A DNA stretch of 61,656 bases, counting the filler, from Choristocarpus tenellus KU-1152 (taxonomy: Eukaryota; Protista; Phaeophyceae), in assembly GCA_964200185.2 (NCBI GenBank). It is 13 parts of 13 records of this genome, joined end to end, with 100 filler letters (N's around TTAATTAATTAA, not from the genome) between each part and the next. Parts side by side here need not be neighbours in the genome. Positions count along the whole stretch, not along the records: positions 1 to 7,528 come from CAXNAD020006016.1; positions 7,629 to 11,885 come from CAXNAD020015445.1; positions 11,986 to 16,548 come from CAXNAD020013999.1; 10 more parts are not named here. One strand, written 5' to 3'. Made by a program: the position numbers and the translations under genes. Shown here piece by piece: positions 1-12,271 of this stretch (its first letter is position 1; every line of letters starts with the position of its first letter). The notes below the pieces were generated by a model. That model ran no database searches. It saw only the letters and a list, made by a program, of their open reading frames with translations, and was not told where the DNA came from.

Positions 1-68
1 CAAAATCGCGACATGAAAAAATTGACCCCAAATGGACAGCCGCTACTCCCTCCCAGACAATTTGAGCC
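1..68. mobile_element. MITE family A, partial copy (one end)
   Basis: aaaatcgcgacatgaaaaaattgaccccaaatggacagccg...cccagacaatttgagcc matches the full copies at 14746 and 38234. Confidence 0.8.
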
Positions 69-245
69 AATGGCACCATACTTGTGCAAAGTTGTCACAG
101 TCAGAATCTCTGCAGTATTTCATCAAAACCAACAACTCTCTCGTAGCAAAATGAGATCATGGATTGTGAACTTTCTACCTCCCTTTGAATGGCAGTATTT
201 TCACCAATTGTCCCTCGGTTGACTCCAATTGGAGAGAATCCCTAG

Positions 246-3200
246 GACCAGGCAAAGGCTCTGATTCGCAGGGTTTCTATCCACTTCTTTGCAGAGGATG
301 ACACACTAGAGATTATCGAGTCCAAAGATACCGCCACTCCCGGCTTGGGCAAGACTCTTGCTCTAAGACGGCCCTCACCTGTTCCACTGACTGCCCTTCG
401 CGTTGGGGAGCAAGTGATGGTGAGTCATCCCAAGTCACCAAAAAAACAACAGTTTTAAGATATAGATCTTGAAATAGCTGGAAAGGAATCGCGCAATGCA
501 ATAGTGCCCATCAAGGCAACACATGGTACATGGAAAAAAGAATTCAATACCTTTCTGTCCACTTCTTAGTACCATCCATAACCCGAGCACACGCACATAA
601 TACCTAGTGCGCAACCTTTTTTGCTACCTTGGAACGAGTCACATAGTAACCTGTGGTTATTGTCAACATGCCCACAATTTCAACACTTTGCCATCACTGG
701 GGGTAATTCCGCAAATTTCCTTGGAAGTATATGTATTGAAGTGATAGATTTAGTCAGAGGAGTTTCAACATTGCAACAGAGTTCATCCTCAAAAGGGATG
801 CACCACATACAAGACCCAGTCTTCCATTTACACAGTGCTGTCTTTCACTCCTTTACCCTTGGTATTGACCAGATCAATGGTGCACAAATCCGCATCTATG
901 ATGCAGATTGTTACACCCGAGAGTCCATTCCTGGACTGCTGCCAGCTGAGACTGTTCCGGACAGAGAAAGAGGGCCATACTTCTCTGTTGTTCCCAATGT
1001 TAACACTCCACGCCTCTATCAAGCCAGGGTCAACCATACCTCTCACTGTCAGGTCCTTATACTACCATGTCTTATGTAAAGTCCCGGGCATACATTGATT
1101 GTAAATGTACACATATCTGTCGTAACAACTACTCAGCACAGCAGGGCAAAAACCATATCCTGAAGTGTGGTGCACACTATAACACCTTGATCACCGCATA
1201 GAAAAATCACTGGATGTAGATCCCTTCTTTTTTGTAGCAAGAGCTAAAGATACCTCACGACCTTGCACCTAATTTTAGCATGCATAATCTCTCATTTTCC
1301 TGGACAAGATCTCTCTGCACTCCCCAATGCTGGAATACATGCAGGGTTCTTCAACATCCCTAGGTCTTGAATTTGGTTGCAGCAGCCCATCAGACAGCAA
1401 TATGAGTTCCTCCAACTACTGGGATGCTGCAAGTGGTGTAGGCAGTATGAGGGCAGATCTTGGGGGAACCATCGAGCAGGAAGTACCTGGTACGCTTCGC
1501 TTTTTTTGCAGATGGGATGACACTGCCAGTGATCTTGGGACTATCCACATGTACATACTGTTATTCTTCCTTGAGGATGGGACGCTGGAAATGAGAGAGC
1601 TGGTTGATACAGGAGGAGGTCAGAAAAGGGGCAGGGGGGGCAAGGGGGGCAGGGGGGGCAGGGGAGCAAGGGGAAGAAGGGAATTGACATTTCATCGGTG
1701 ACGAGATAGGATGCAATGGATTTTGGGGCGATGGAACAAATGCTAGTGAAATGATGTAGGTTTTCTTAAGGCCACCATGTTCAGAAATCTTGCAGCAGGC
1801 AAGCCGTGTGTCAAGAATAATTACTGGTTGTCCTGGACTGTTCAAAGTGTGTTATTTCTCACAGGGCTATGAAATCCAACAATGAGTCAAAGAATCTTAG
1901 AGGGTAGGGCCGCGTCCACTTGGGGGCCAAAATCCAATGTTGCGATTTCCATGTAATTTTATCCGTCGTATTTGTTAGGAAGTGTCAGTATCCTTGTTCC
2001 GGACACACCATTTCATAACATATACATATTACCTACTCCGTAACATTTTGGAGTAGGCAAAATATCATAAAAACCCCATGGAAAGTCAAGCCCCAAATGA
2101 ACAAACAGGGCAAAACTCGTACCCTCTAAGATACTATCACTCAATTTGTGTAGTGGGTAGAATTACTGTGCATGGGACCATCACGCACACTACCCTTCAC
2201 CAGAGAGTCAACGAATCTTAGAGGGTAGAGCCGAATCCATTTGGGGGCCAAAATCCAATGTTGCAATTTTGATGTAATTTTGGCTATATCATGTTTGTTA
2301 GGAAGTATCAATATCCTTGTTCTGGACACACCTTTTCATAGCATACACATTCTACCTACTCTGGAACATTTTGGAATAGGAAAATGTCATAAAAACTTTG
2401 TGGGAAGCCAAGCTCCAAAACGGAAAAACAGGGCAAAACCCTTACCCCTCTAAGATACTTCCACTCAGAGAATTGCTATAAACTCCAAGACTGGAATGCT
2501 CTCGTATCCTTGTGTGCTTGTAAATAATCCTAACAAACACATATGGGTACACTGTGTGTGTCATGGTCTAGAACACATTGTCATCAACAAACCCATGAAA
2601 GTATTGCTTGCCACAGTGTATTTTTCAGTCTTCCTCTATCCAGCAGATCCCTTGGTCTCTCATCCTAACAAATATACTACCCCACCTACACCAAACTGCT
2701 CTCTTGCCTCGTATTGTAGGGCATCATTTCCAGAGCCCTTGTCCAGTCATGTTGCGCCGGCAGCGAGTACTCAAGGAGGGAGTGAACAGCCTTAGTGTGG
2801 ACCATATCGGCGGTGACCTGGCATTCCAGAAAGGGAGGAACGGGACAGGAGCAGGAATGACACCTGGACGTTGGATGGGGGGGGGAAGTGAAGGATTTGA
2901 AAGGTCAATACCGATCTCACTGTGCGACCTTAAAGTGGGGAAATCAGTGTGCTTGATGAACCGCCCCATAACAATCTGTGGGTGTGACGAGGCCACTCAC
3001 ACCTGGTTGGAGGCGGCCACTGGTGAGGCAAGAGAAAAGGGTCTGGAAGAGGGAGAGGTGGGGAAGGTGATGGAATGAGGGAAAGAGAGCACTGTAATGA
3101 GTACCTATAAGGGGTACGTAGTGGATACGATCTTGTAAGGATGCGAAAACAATGTGTTCCACTTGATGTAATGCTAACAAGGAGGAATCATACACCATTG

Positions 3201-6200
3201 CTTGATTTCCATCATTCATATTATGTTGACTCAGAGTCAAAGTATCGTAGAGGGTAGAGCAGCGTCCATTTTGGAACCAAAATCCAATGTTGCGATTTTG
3301 ATGTAATTTTGGCTATCATGTTTGTCAGGAAGTGTCAATATACTTATTCCGGACACACCTTTTCATAAAGTATACATTTACCTACTCTGAAATGTTTTGG
3401 AGCAGGTAAAATGTCATTTTAAAAACGTGGGAAGTCAACCCCCAAACGGACAAACAGGTCAAAACTCATACCCTCTAAGATACTTTCACTCTCAGCTCTA
3501 TAGCACAACATGTGTGTTTGTTTATGAAGCGATCGATACCAGACAGACAGACATTCACAGGTTCCAAATAGTTCCCCGAATTTCTTGATATACACTACTG
3601 ATATCCTCTATGCAAGAATGATACTAAGATGATCGCCTTTTATATTGGCTGCATAGCATATACTTCAATGTAGCGTTTGCCTATCCAAAGGTTTATGTTA
3701 GACTGACTCCTCAAGAGCACAATCTAAGGGTCATCACCAAAGAGATTTCCAAGCAACTGTCAAATCAAACGCTACTTAAAGTTTTAAAGCATTACTTCCA
3801 TTAATAGCTATATTCAATCCAAATTTGGTGCAAACGCTTATTGCCTCCAATTCTACATTTCTCCTATGCTGTGGCTGTGCAAGGAATGAACATGCGTGGA
3901 CTTCAGCAAAATCTTGATGAATTCCGGAACCGCCTCAGCCAATCTCACACGAGGCCATTCCCACCAAACAAGACCAAGTCCGCTTTTTTTGATAGCCCTT
4001 CTCATCCCCTGGGCTGTGCCCGTGCACGTTTCCTTAAGGTGTGCCCTCTGCCCTTCAGTTCTCAGGTTATAACTCTCCCTACATGCAACATATGATTTTT
4101 CAATCCTGCCTAGTCAAGGATACAGAAAAGATGTATATTCATTGCTCGTTCTGATGGTAAGTGTATCTGGGGAGCAATGTAATAATGCATTAGTGTCCCA
4201 GAGAACATTGTATAGGCACTGGAGCCAAGGGTATTTACGCACTCATTGTCTAGTTTGTGTGTACATGACTATAGTCAATTCTTCTGTGACAGATCAATAG
4301 CGTAATAACGTTTACTTCAAACTTTTACTCGCTCAGCTTGGGTGGAGTCACCTGCTATGGATGTATTGTTGTGACTAAGCCCCTTGTAGAGTTCCTGCCA
4401 ACCTCCTGTCCAACTTCCTCAAGTCAAAAGTTGCCCTTTGTGAAAAAGTTGCTTTGTATTGTTCATTTAAGCTCACTCTGAACTTTACATATGGACCAAT
4501 CATGCTACACTAAGTCATTATTCCTGCTTGTTTTTGAGTTGATTGTCGCTTGCTCAAACTACTTTGAGCTACAATAGATCTCTGCCCTTGGTCACAACAA
4601 AAATCCCCTTTCTTCCTGGACTTCGGCAGGCTTCAGAAAACATAGGGAAAACCCTTCGTTTCATGTGCAAGGCAACAAAAGAGACCCAGGTGTGAAATGT
4701 CAACAAAGTCAGGCAAAGATAAACTCAAGGAGGGGTTGCTGCAGTCAGTGGGGGCGATTAAGAGTGGAAGAGGCACTGAATTGGCAACTGCACACATTGG
4801 AAACGCACACATGCACTAATAGAAATGTACACACAGACCTGTGTACCCATACAACAAAAATCACTCCAAGAACGGCAATCGTTTCAAAACTGAGCCTCTA
4901 AATTGAGCTTCCTATAGTGCAATAGACCTCTACAAGCAGTTGGTATTTGTTTGATTACGTGGGAAGTTCTTTGGCTTTGATCTTGCAGATAATGTCGGGC
5001 AAATATCATAATTTCTTGGGATGACTTCAAACACTGACCAAATCTCACCACATTGCCGTCATTCTGTGCAAGTGGACATGCAAACATGCCCCCCTCTATT
5101 CATCCACATCCTGTGCCTTCTGATTTTTCGGTCTTGTCGAAGACACAATCTACCAGGGAGAGTTTCTTCATCATTCGTTTCTACCCTGAGGATGACACCC
5201 TGTCTGTGTATACAAGGCAAGTATTATACTTTCACCCAAAGAAACTTCAGACTGTAATATGATATAGCTTCATGGTTGTCACTGCAGAATTATTGTCCCA
5301 GAAAGAGGAGTTGCACTGCATATTCTGTGTTCTTGTTGTATCTATTTCACTATGTAGTATCATCCAGGTGGTTGATGTATCTTTACATATCACTTCTAGA
5401 GGCAAGGTACTCGCATCAGTTAGATACTTTTAAATGTATATATGTGTATCTGTGTTTGTCGGGTGGAGGGCAACGAACAACTCTTCTCTCTAAGGTCGCA
5501 TGCAGTCAGGATAGGTTTCTCGATAGTAAGCCATTCCCCAACACTGGGACTCCTCTTAACCTTACCACTCAACCACTACGCACTTAGAGGCACCTTCAAT
5601 GGCAGCAAGCAATGGGCATTAGATTGGGGTGTCCGAACAATGTTCATAGACAATGACTGCTTTATCATTCTTTCATTCCTTGTCCTTGTAGTTCCTCCCT
5701 TGGGGGAAATGCTGGTGGCGTGGATCATGGTGTGTACATGACTCGATGCTTTGGCCTTATCAACCCTGACACGGGCAAGGCCTTCCATCCTACTGACTTT
5801 GGGGTGGGATCTGTGGTGCACTTCCCAACAATCTCTCTGGAGGTTTGTTTATGTAGTAATGGTGTCTTACACCCCATAGAATGTCGAAGCGGACTGTTTC
5901 ATCTGTCACCTACCTCTGTAACTTCCAATCCCCGTCTCTATTCCCCGCCTTGCTCACTCACAGAATACATGACAAGAGAGTTAGTCGTGATCACTAAGTT
6001 TAGTTATTTGCATGTTGACCCTATAAAATTGAAGAGAGTAATGCAACACAAGCTACCAGAAGTAACTTATCTGAACGCCTATCTTTTAAGTAGTCAGAAT
6101 GGACTACCACATTTGAATTGAAAAAGTGGCCTCCATCTACTTTCCAAAGAGTTTTGTATCATATGTTGACGTGTAGATGATACGATGAAGACATTTGACA

Positions 6201-7363
6201 CTTGTAGTGGGTTAGAAGACAGTATTTGAAGCAGCAAAGTCATGCAGTAAGCAATGTCAGTTAGTTACCAGGAGCATACATATCATTCATCGTACCCTGG
6301 CATCTATTTAATTGTTGGATTTCCAATCTCATTTAGGCAATTTTATGGTGGAGAGAAGCGGATTGGATAGTCATATTTGCTCCTCAGGGAAAAAAAGGGT
6401 TTACCCTTAGACCTCCTTCAGCTTCTTTTGAAACCCTCCTGGGCATGGAACATTAGATCTGGTATTTCCTTAAACTATCGGGTATTTGGCAGGTGGAGCA
6501 GCATCGTATATAAACTATGTAGTAATTTCCTGGAGACATGGGTGCAAGGATGCAGAAACTGCTCAGAGCCACAGCATACTCCTCGACCATTTGCTCCCAC
6601 GCTACCACTCCTTCCATGGGCACAGGTAACAGATGTCGATCACTTCACAAGGAATTTCCTTGCCCAGGCTGGATATGCCAATTGGTGCATGGGTCCAGCC
6701 TGGAATAAGATATCCCAAGCATTGGCCAGTGTCCCCTCCACTTCCACTTCTGATCACATTCCCACCCCTACTCCAGCCTCTATCCCTTTCCCCGTCACCA
6801 CCACTACCCCTGATCATAGTGATGATGACTCACCACCAAAGGATTTGACTAGTGGAGAGTTGTTCCTTCACCGCCTATTGGCAGAGTGTGTTAGTGATAC
6901 TCACCAGGACGTCCTTGATGGACACGGCAAGGGCAAGGACAGCAGAAGTTGCTCTGATTATTGTGCCCATAAGGGCAGTAGAACAGGTTGGGCTTCGTCA
7001 AATTCCAATATGGGAAGGCTGGTGAATGGAGTCAGTTGGAAGCGCCTAGTTGCAGCACTACACCGTCACAAGGTTGACATTTTCCAGATACTTACAGCGC
7101 ATGAGCGCATGTTGCTAGAGAGAGGGATGGGCGATGAGGCAGAAGACGTCCAAACCTTCCAAACTTGTCGAGAGTCATATGCAAGAGCGAGACAAAAAAA
7201 ATGCAAAAATGATGAAGATGGAAGTAGAGATAACAATAGACCAGCTGCTGCAGCATCAGGTAGAGTAAAAGGCGGAAGAGAGATGGAAGGGAACAGCATT
7301 AAGAAGAAGGATTTAATACTCAGAGAGTCATACCTTCATGGGGTGGCACTGGAGGCGCATGAG
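246..7363 (+). CDS. Multi-exon triple-DM10-domain protein (EFHC1/EFHC2/RIB72-like axonemal microtubule inner protein), partial at both ends
   Basis: Phase-compatible exons 246(or 272)-419, 873-~1028, 1345-1618, 2720-3022, 3884-4038, 4630-4689, 5143-5216, 5692-5842, 6626-7363. Three DM10-like motif sets: IHFFAEDDTLEIIE..LRVGEQVM|INGAQIRIYDADCYTRE; TLRFFCRWDD..YILLFFLEDGTLEMRE..LRRQRV..DLKVGKSVCLMNRPITICGCDEAT; GKTLRFMCK..FIIRFYPEDDTLSVY..DFGVGSVVHF..|VTDVDHFTRNFL. Confidence 0.8.
1884..2142. mobile_element. MITE family B, full copy, TSD AAT
   Basis: TIRs GAGTCAAAGAATCTTAGAGGGTA / TACCCTCTAAGATACTATCACTC, flanked by aat on both sides. Intronic in the DM10 gene. Confidence 0.9.
2205..2466. mobile_element. 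MITE family B, full copy, TSD AGA
   Basis: Same TIRs and internal sequence as the copy at 1884; aga on both flanks. Confidence 0.9.
3234..3491. mobile_element. MITE family B, full copy, TSD TCA
   Basis: GAGTCAAAGTATC...GATACTTTCACTC with tca on both flanks. Confidence 0.9.
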
Positions 7364-7472
7364 GTGAGGGGAGACTGTAGAGCCTCTAAAGCTGCCGATT
7401 CCTTGCATGTGCTACTTCCATACGCATATGTGTGCCCTATTCAATGTATTGCAGTGTTAAGGTAGGGTTATA

Positions 7473-7528
7473 GGCTCAAAGTATCTGGGAGGGGGTGGCG
7501 GCTGTCCATTTGGGGTCAATTTTTTCAT
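7473..7528. mobile_element. MITE family A, partial (contig ends inside it)
   Basis: GGCTCAAAGTATCTGGGAGGGGGTGGCGGCTGTCCATTTGGGGTC runs into the linker. Confidence 0.85.
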
Positions 7529-7628
7529 NNNNNNNNNNNNNNNNNNNNNNNNNNNNNNNNNNNNNNNNNNNNTTAATTAATTAANNNNNNNNNNNNNNNN
7601 NNNNNNNNNNNNNNNNNNNNNNNNNNNN
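7529..7628. other. Artificial contig-joining linker (first of 12)
   Basis: 44 N + TTAATTAATTAA (stops in all six frames) + 44 N. Identical 100-nt units start at 7529, 11886, 16549, 22077, 25560, 28969, 31937, 35319, 38118, 41586, 51347 and 55572. Confidence 0.97.
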
Positions 7629-7995
7629 TGTTTGGTCAAATCCGGATCTTATGGGTGTGGTTGGTTTATCGGACTGGTCGGTATGGATGAGCTCAAATGA
7701 CGTGGTTGGCGCGCGCAATTGTATATGACCGTGCGTCTTATTATGCATATGTGTGTGTCGAAGATCCCAAAAAAGGAACCTGTCCCTGACAATTTTATCA
7801 TTGATACAACTGTTTTATTTTCTACACCATAGATAGTTCTAATATAGTTTTGGTTTTGCCTTATGTACGTGAAAAATGAGAGAATATATAATAATGCATA
7901 TTTTGTTTTGCTCACGAAGAGTGGATTATTATTATTTTATTCTATGTTTGCATTCCTCCCTATTCCCTTTCCTCCCCACATTCTATCAACCCTTG

Positions 7996-8155
7996 TGACC
8001 AACCAGTGTGACCTCTTCGCCACTGATTTCCTGTCACCCCCCCTATCCGATGATCAACCAATGCGACCCCTTTCTTCACTGATTCCAGTCACCCCCCACA
8101 TCCGATGACCAGCCAGTGCGACCCCTTCGCCACTGATTTCCAGTCACTACCACAC
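7996..8155. repeat. Three tandem ~55-bp units
   Basis: (t)gaccaaccagtgYgaccYcttcgccactgatttccWgtcacc... repeated three times. Confidence 0.8.
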
Positions 8156-8875
8156 CTTCAACCCCACTCAACCCCACCCCACTTACCACTCTACCACACC
8201 ATTGAACACCACTCAACTCCAAACCACTCAACACCACTCCGCAATCATCCAAGAACACCCCTTCACCATCCCCTCATACCGTGCCTTTCTTTGAGCTAGA
8301 AGACATCTACCATCATACCCGAACTTGACCTCCCCTCCCACCCGGAGATCCAAATTGGTCGTGATCAAGTGATAGGGTGGTTGGGCGGGAAAACTTGCTT
8401 GGGGGTCGTCTTGATCTAGCCCTCCTCGTCCTGCCATCCCAGCCTCAGGTTTCCTATTCGGTTCAATACTGTCCATTCCTTCTCCACTCCTGCCTCCGTC
8501 TGTCACCCATTTTCTTGACTACTCCCCTCCCTCTCTCAACCACTCAGAATTGAACTCTTCGTTCCCGTCTTGCTGATTTTTATTTCTTTCCTGTCCCCTC
8601 CTCCCTTCCCCTGTGCCCCCAACCAACCAGAATTCTTCCGCCCACAAAACACAGACTACTTTATAAACTTTCCCCTTGTGTGAGACAGAGTTAATGGAAT
8701 CTCAAGAGACCACTCCTGGTAGAAAAAAATGGACTCTCTTCTTTAGAATACCAACCCAACAAATTCCCTCTGACATCATCTCCTTCTCTAATGATCCACT
8801 CTTCATCAGTCCTCACTTTCTACAATCTCCACTCTTCTTCTCCTTGTCCAACATTACCTTTTTGTCTAGCTTCAG

Positions 8876-9075
8876 TTTTTTTGGGGGGTGATTCGAGTTG
8901 TGTGGTGGTTCATTGACCATCTTTGTCTTACTATTATGTTGTGATGAGGAGAACAAAATCCACTTATATATACATATATTTATACTTTTTTTTTGGTGGT
9001 TCGAGTTCTGTAGTTGTTCATTGACCTTTGTCTCAGTATTATGTTGTGATGAGAAGAACAAAAGTCACATATATA
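8876..9075. repeat. Two diverged ~100-bp direct repeats
   Basis: ttcgagtt...gttcattgacc..tttgtct...tattatgttgtgatgagRagaacaaaa occurs twice. Confidence 0.75.
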
Positions 9076-9386
9076 TGTGGCGATAATGTTTTTGTTTCGT
9101 GTGCATTTTCGATACACGCATTTTTTCTATATTAGTGTTTCAAATACCCATCAGTATTTCTGTAGAAGTTTCTCTCGTTTGTCTATGTTCCTATTGGTGA
9201 AGTAGTTTTAATTCGGTTGAGGCTGTGTGTGATGTGGATGTGTTAGAGAAGGATGGGCAGGGCATTTATTTTGCTTGTTACCAAGATGAAGAGAGGAAGT
9301 TCAGCTATCCACGCCCTTTTGATTTCGATGAAACCATTTCTCATTAGATCTAATTATCCCTCCATAACCCAACGCCAGTTGTCGTC

Positions 9387-11706
9387 ATGATGGCAAACGG
9401 GCAAGAAACGACCATTGCCGAGGAGAGCAAGGAAACGTTGGTTGCATCCTCGCGTTCTACTTCTTCTACCTCAGTAGATCATGACAACAGGGGTCGGGGC
9501 AAGGTGTGACTATAGAACTATCTAATCATGCTCTCAAATCTGGATGAAAAAAGCAAAGCTCATTCGACCCCTCTACTGTCCACAGAATCGCTCTCGACTC
9601 GGCCACCGGCGAGCTTCAATAGCGTTGCGGCGGGGATCAATACCCGACAGTGCCCCAGAAGTAAGGCGTGAGATGGAAGAGATCGTGACATTTGTCATGA
9701 CTCCCAATAAAAATGAGAAGGAAGAGGAGAAGGTGCGATACATATGGTTGAAGGTGTACCCCTGTATCGACAGGTGAAGACACAGTGAATCCTCCAACAT
9801 TCCTTCCCACTTTCAGGGTATCTTATGCACAAGGGGCTGAATGCATTCGTTGATTTGATGCTGACGTGTCGGTGCAGGCGGGAAGGAAGCTTCAGGATTC
9901 TGTAAAGGTGCACCTCTTTCGTCTCTTCAAACACAACGAGCTTGCAGGGCGCGAGAAAAGTTTGGATTGGGTGTGGGCTGCTTTGCTGCCAAGTTCCGTG
10001 GTGATCGATATCGTGGCTGAGGAGATCGGAGAGGATTCTGGTTCTCATCTCCCTCCAGTGAGTGCTTTAATACAACCAGGTGCAATCGTGTTGTGTAGTT
10101 AATGCAAACCTGGTTCTCAACACGACATCCAACGGGTTCAATAGCAGTTTGCAACTTGAAATTAAATCGCTAGAGATGTTCACAGACACCAGGTGCCAAA
10201 ATGCAGTCCAGAATAATGTGCTAGAGGATTTTATCTTCCACTTTCTTGACGCCTCACACAACAGTCTCGAATGCTCACCCTTTTCTGCATGGCATGGCAG
10301 ATCGAATTCGAGGCATTTCGTGCGCGTATTGTTGTGATGGCACTGGACCTACATTGGGGGCGTAGAGAGGGAAACAGATTGGACGATAGCAACCCACCCG
10401 CTTGGGAGAATGATGCCGAGAAGTTTGGACGAGGATGGGCTACAAAACTCGTGTGGGCTGCAGATTTTGGTAGTCCCAGGGTCTTTGTGGGTTTGCTGGG
10501 ACGAATGTTAACTGGTAACAGTAACAGAGGAAACCTCAATGTGGAAGGAAGGGTGTGCAAAAAGGTGAGCTGAGCACACTCACAGAGCTTTTCCCCCATC
10601 CGTTCACTTGACGTTGTTGGTCTCATGCCCTTCACTTACGTTATGTTGCGAGAGAGAGTCCTTGCTACATTCATGGAAACTCTTTTCCTCAACCTTTTTT
10701 CGTCTGCATCCCTACTCTTTTCTTTCTTGCAAGACTACTTGTAAGCTCTGATACATTTTGAAGTTGTAGTTACATGTAGAACCAATGTGGGCTGCGAAAC
10801 GCCTGAAGACAAAGAGACACATGAAATACAGAGACAAGACAAGCATCCAGGGAGATAAGCAGATGGACATACGAATACATGTACTCTGTAAAGAGAAACA
10901 TTGATGCAGCGGTGATTACTGTCCTTGCTGAAGAAAATGAAAACAAACACAGTAACCAGGGATCAGGATCAACAAGTTTCATGAGCTCAACTGCAAACAA
11001 TATGAACAGCTAATGGGCGTGACGGCTACTGATTTTACTAGAACGCATCTTCCATTGCCTTTTTTACCATCTCAGTGAGTCCCATATACCCTTAGTGGCC
11101 TCCAATTTCAAAGCTGGAAGTCTTTACTGTAAAGCCCTCTGGCGTACCCCCTAACTGCCAACACACATTCGAATTGTTTTGCCCACCAGAATTCTCTGCC
11201 AACCTATTTGACTGCCTAGAACAACAGCCTTCAGCGAATGACCACTGTAAAACCCTTACCCTAGCCCTGATTGTAATCCCAACCCTAACCCTAATCCTAA
11301 CGACGAACAGGTGATGAACATCATTGACGAGGCTGACGAGCTCTACTGGTGTGATGGTATCCATCTTGCCAGGAATGACCGTCATCCAAAGGAGGCACTG
11401 AGAGATCTCATGCTTAGGGCGGCATTTTCGGGAGCTCTCTCCCCTGAGGTCCATGGCCAGCCTGCTGGAGAACGGCTGCATCAGAACCCGGAGAGCGTTT
11501 TGGCAGGGAGAGGGGAGGATGCACCGGAGGCGGAAGGGTATCAGGAGGGTAATCCGTCCAAGGCAGTGTGTGAGCTCATTCGCTTTCTGCTGGAGAGAAG
11601 GTGGGGGAACAAGACAATCCAGCCGGACTGCGAGCCTATCCAACTCCTTGTTGTCGAGGCTTTGGGACGCGGGCTTCATGCAGACCGCGGGCTGGAGACA
11701 TGGAAG
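9387..11706 (+). CDS. Multi-exon gene of unknown function (3' part missing)
   Basis: Exons 9387-9503, 9586-9732, 9878-10057, 10301-10564 and 11311-~11706 join in phase 0 with cag acceptors and gtgtga/gtgcga/gtgagt/gtgagc donors, and stay open. No family recognised. Confidence 0.6.
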
Positions 11707-12213
11707 GCGAGTGCATGCAAGTACCCACAGTTTAGAAGAGTTCAAAATAGAAGTTAAGTAGATCGCGTTGCTTGGACCTTTTTTTTTTCCTTTTTTTCTT
11801 TTTTTTTCAATATTAACCCCCCCCCCCCCCACCCCCTTTAGCCACTCCCTCTCCTCGTTCAATTGGGGGGGGCCCCTGCAGAACCNNNNNNNNNNNNNNN
11901 NNNNNNNNNNNNNNNNNNNNNNNNNNNNNTTAATTAATTAANNNNNNNNNNNNNNNNNNNNNNNNNNNNNNNNNNNNNNNNNNNNTCACCAGGGAGATGG
12001 GCACGGAGGGGTCTGTTGGATTCTTGGTATGCCTCCCTAGTTCCCCCCCCTGGGGCACAGGAGTAGGTAGATGGGAAGCACAGAAAGATAGTAGTACAAT
12101 ATCTGATAGTGGTGAAGTAACTGATAGATTAGTGGTCTCCACACTCACAATGTTTTAGAGTGTTCTCACGTTTAGGATATTTTATTTCTTTAGAGCTAAC
12201 AACGACGTATGCA

Positions 12214-12271
12214 TAGTTTTCATTGGTTTCCCCCCTGACACATCTGCAAAATGTCGAAGGGCATAATAATA
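12214..12271 (+). mobile_element. Micro-copy of the non-LTR element 3' end
   Basis: gttttcattggtttccccc..tgacacatctgcaaaatgtcgaagggcataataata matches the 3' terminus of the element at 47727-49860. Confidence 0.7.

Noticed and set aside
7573-7584. Recurrent TTAATTAATTAA as a biological repeat or CRISPR-like array
   Set aside because: Always centred in an identical 100-nt N block; it is an assembly linker.
7996-8155. Regularly spaced repeats as a CRISPR array
   Set aside because: Units are contiguous without unique spacers, there are no cas genes, and the context is eukaryotic.
11092-11862. 256-aa minus-strand ORF and similar shadow ORFs (44809-45420, ORFs inside MITEs)
   Set aside because: They are antisense to or out of frame with better-supported exons, or derive from repeats; no motifs.
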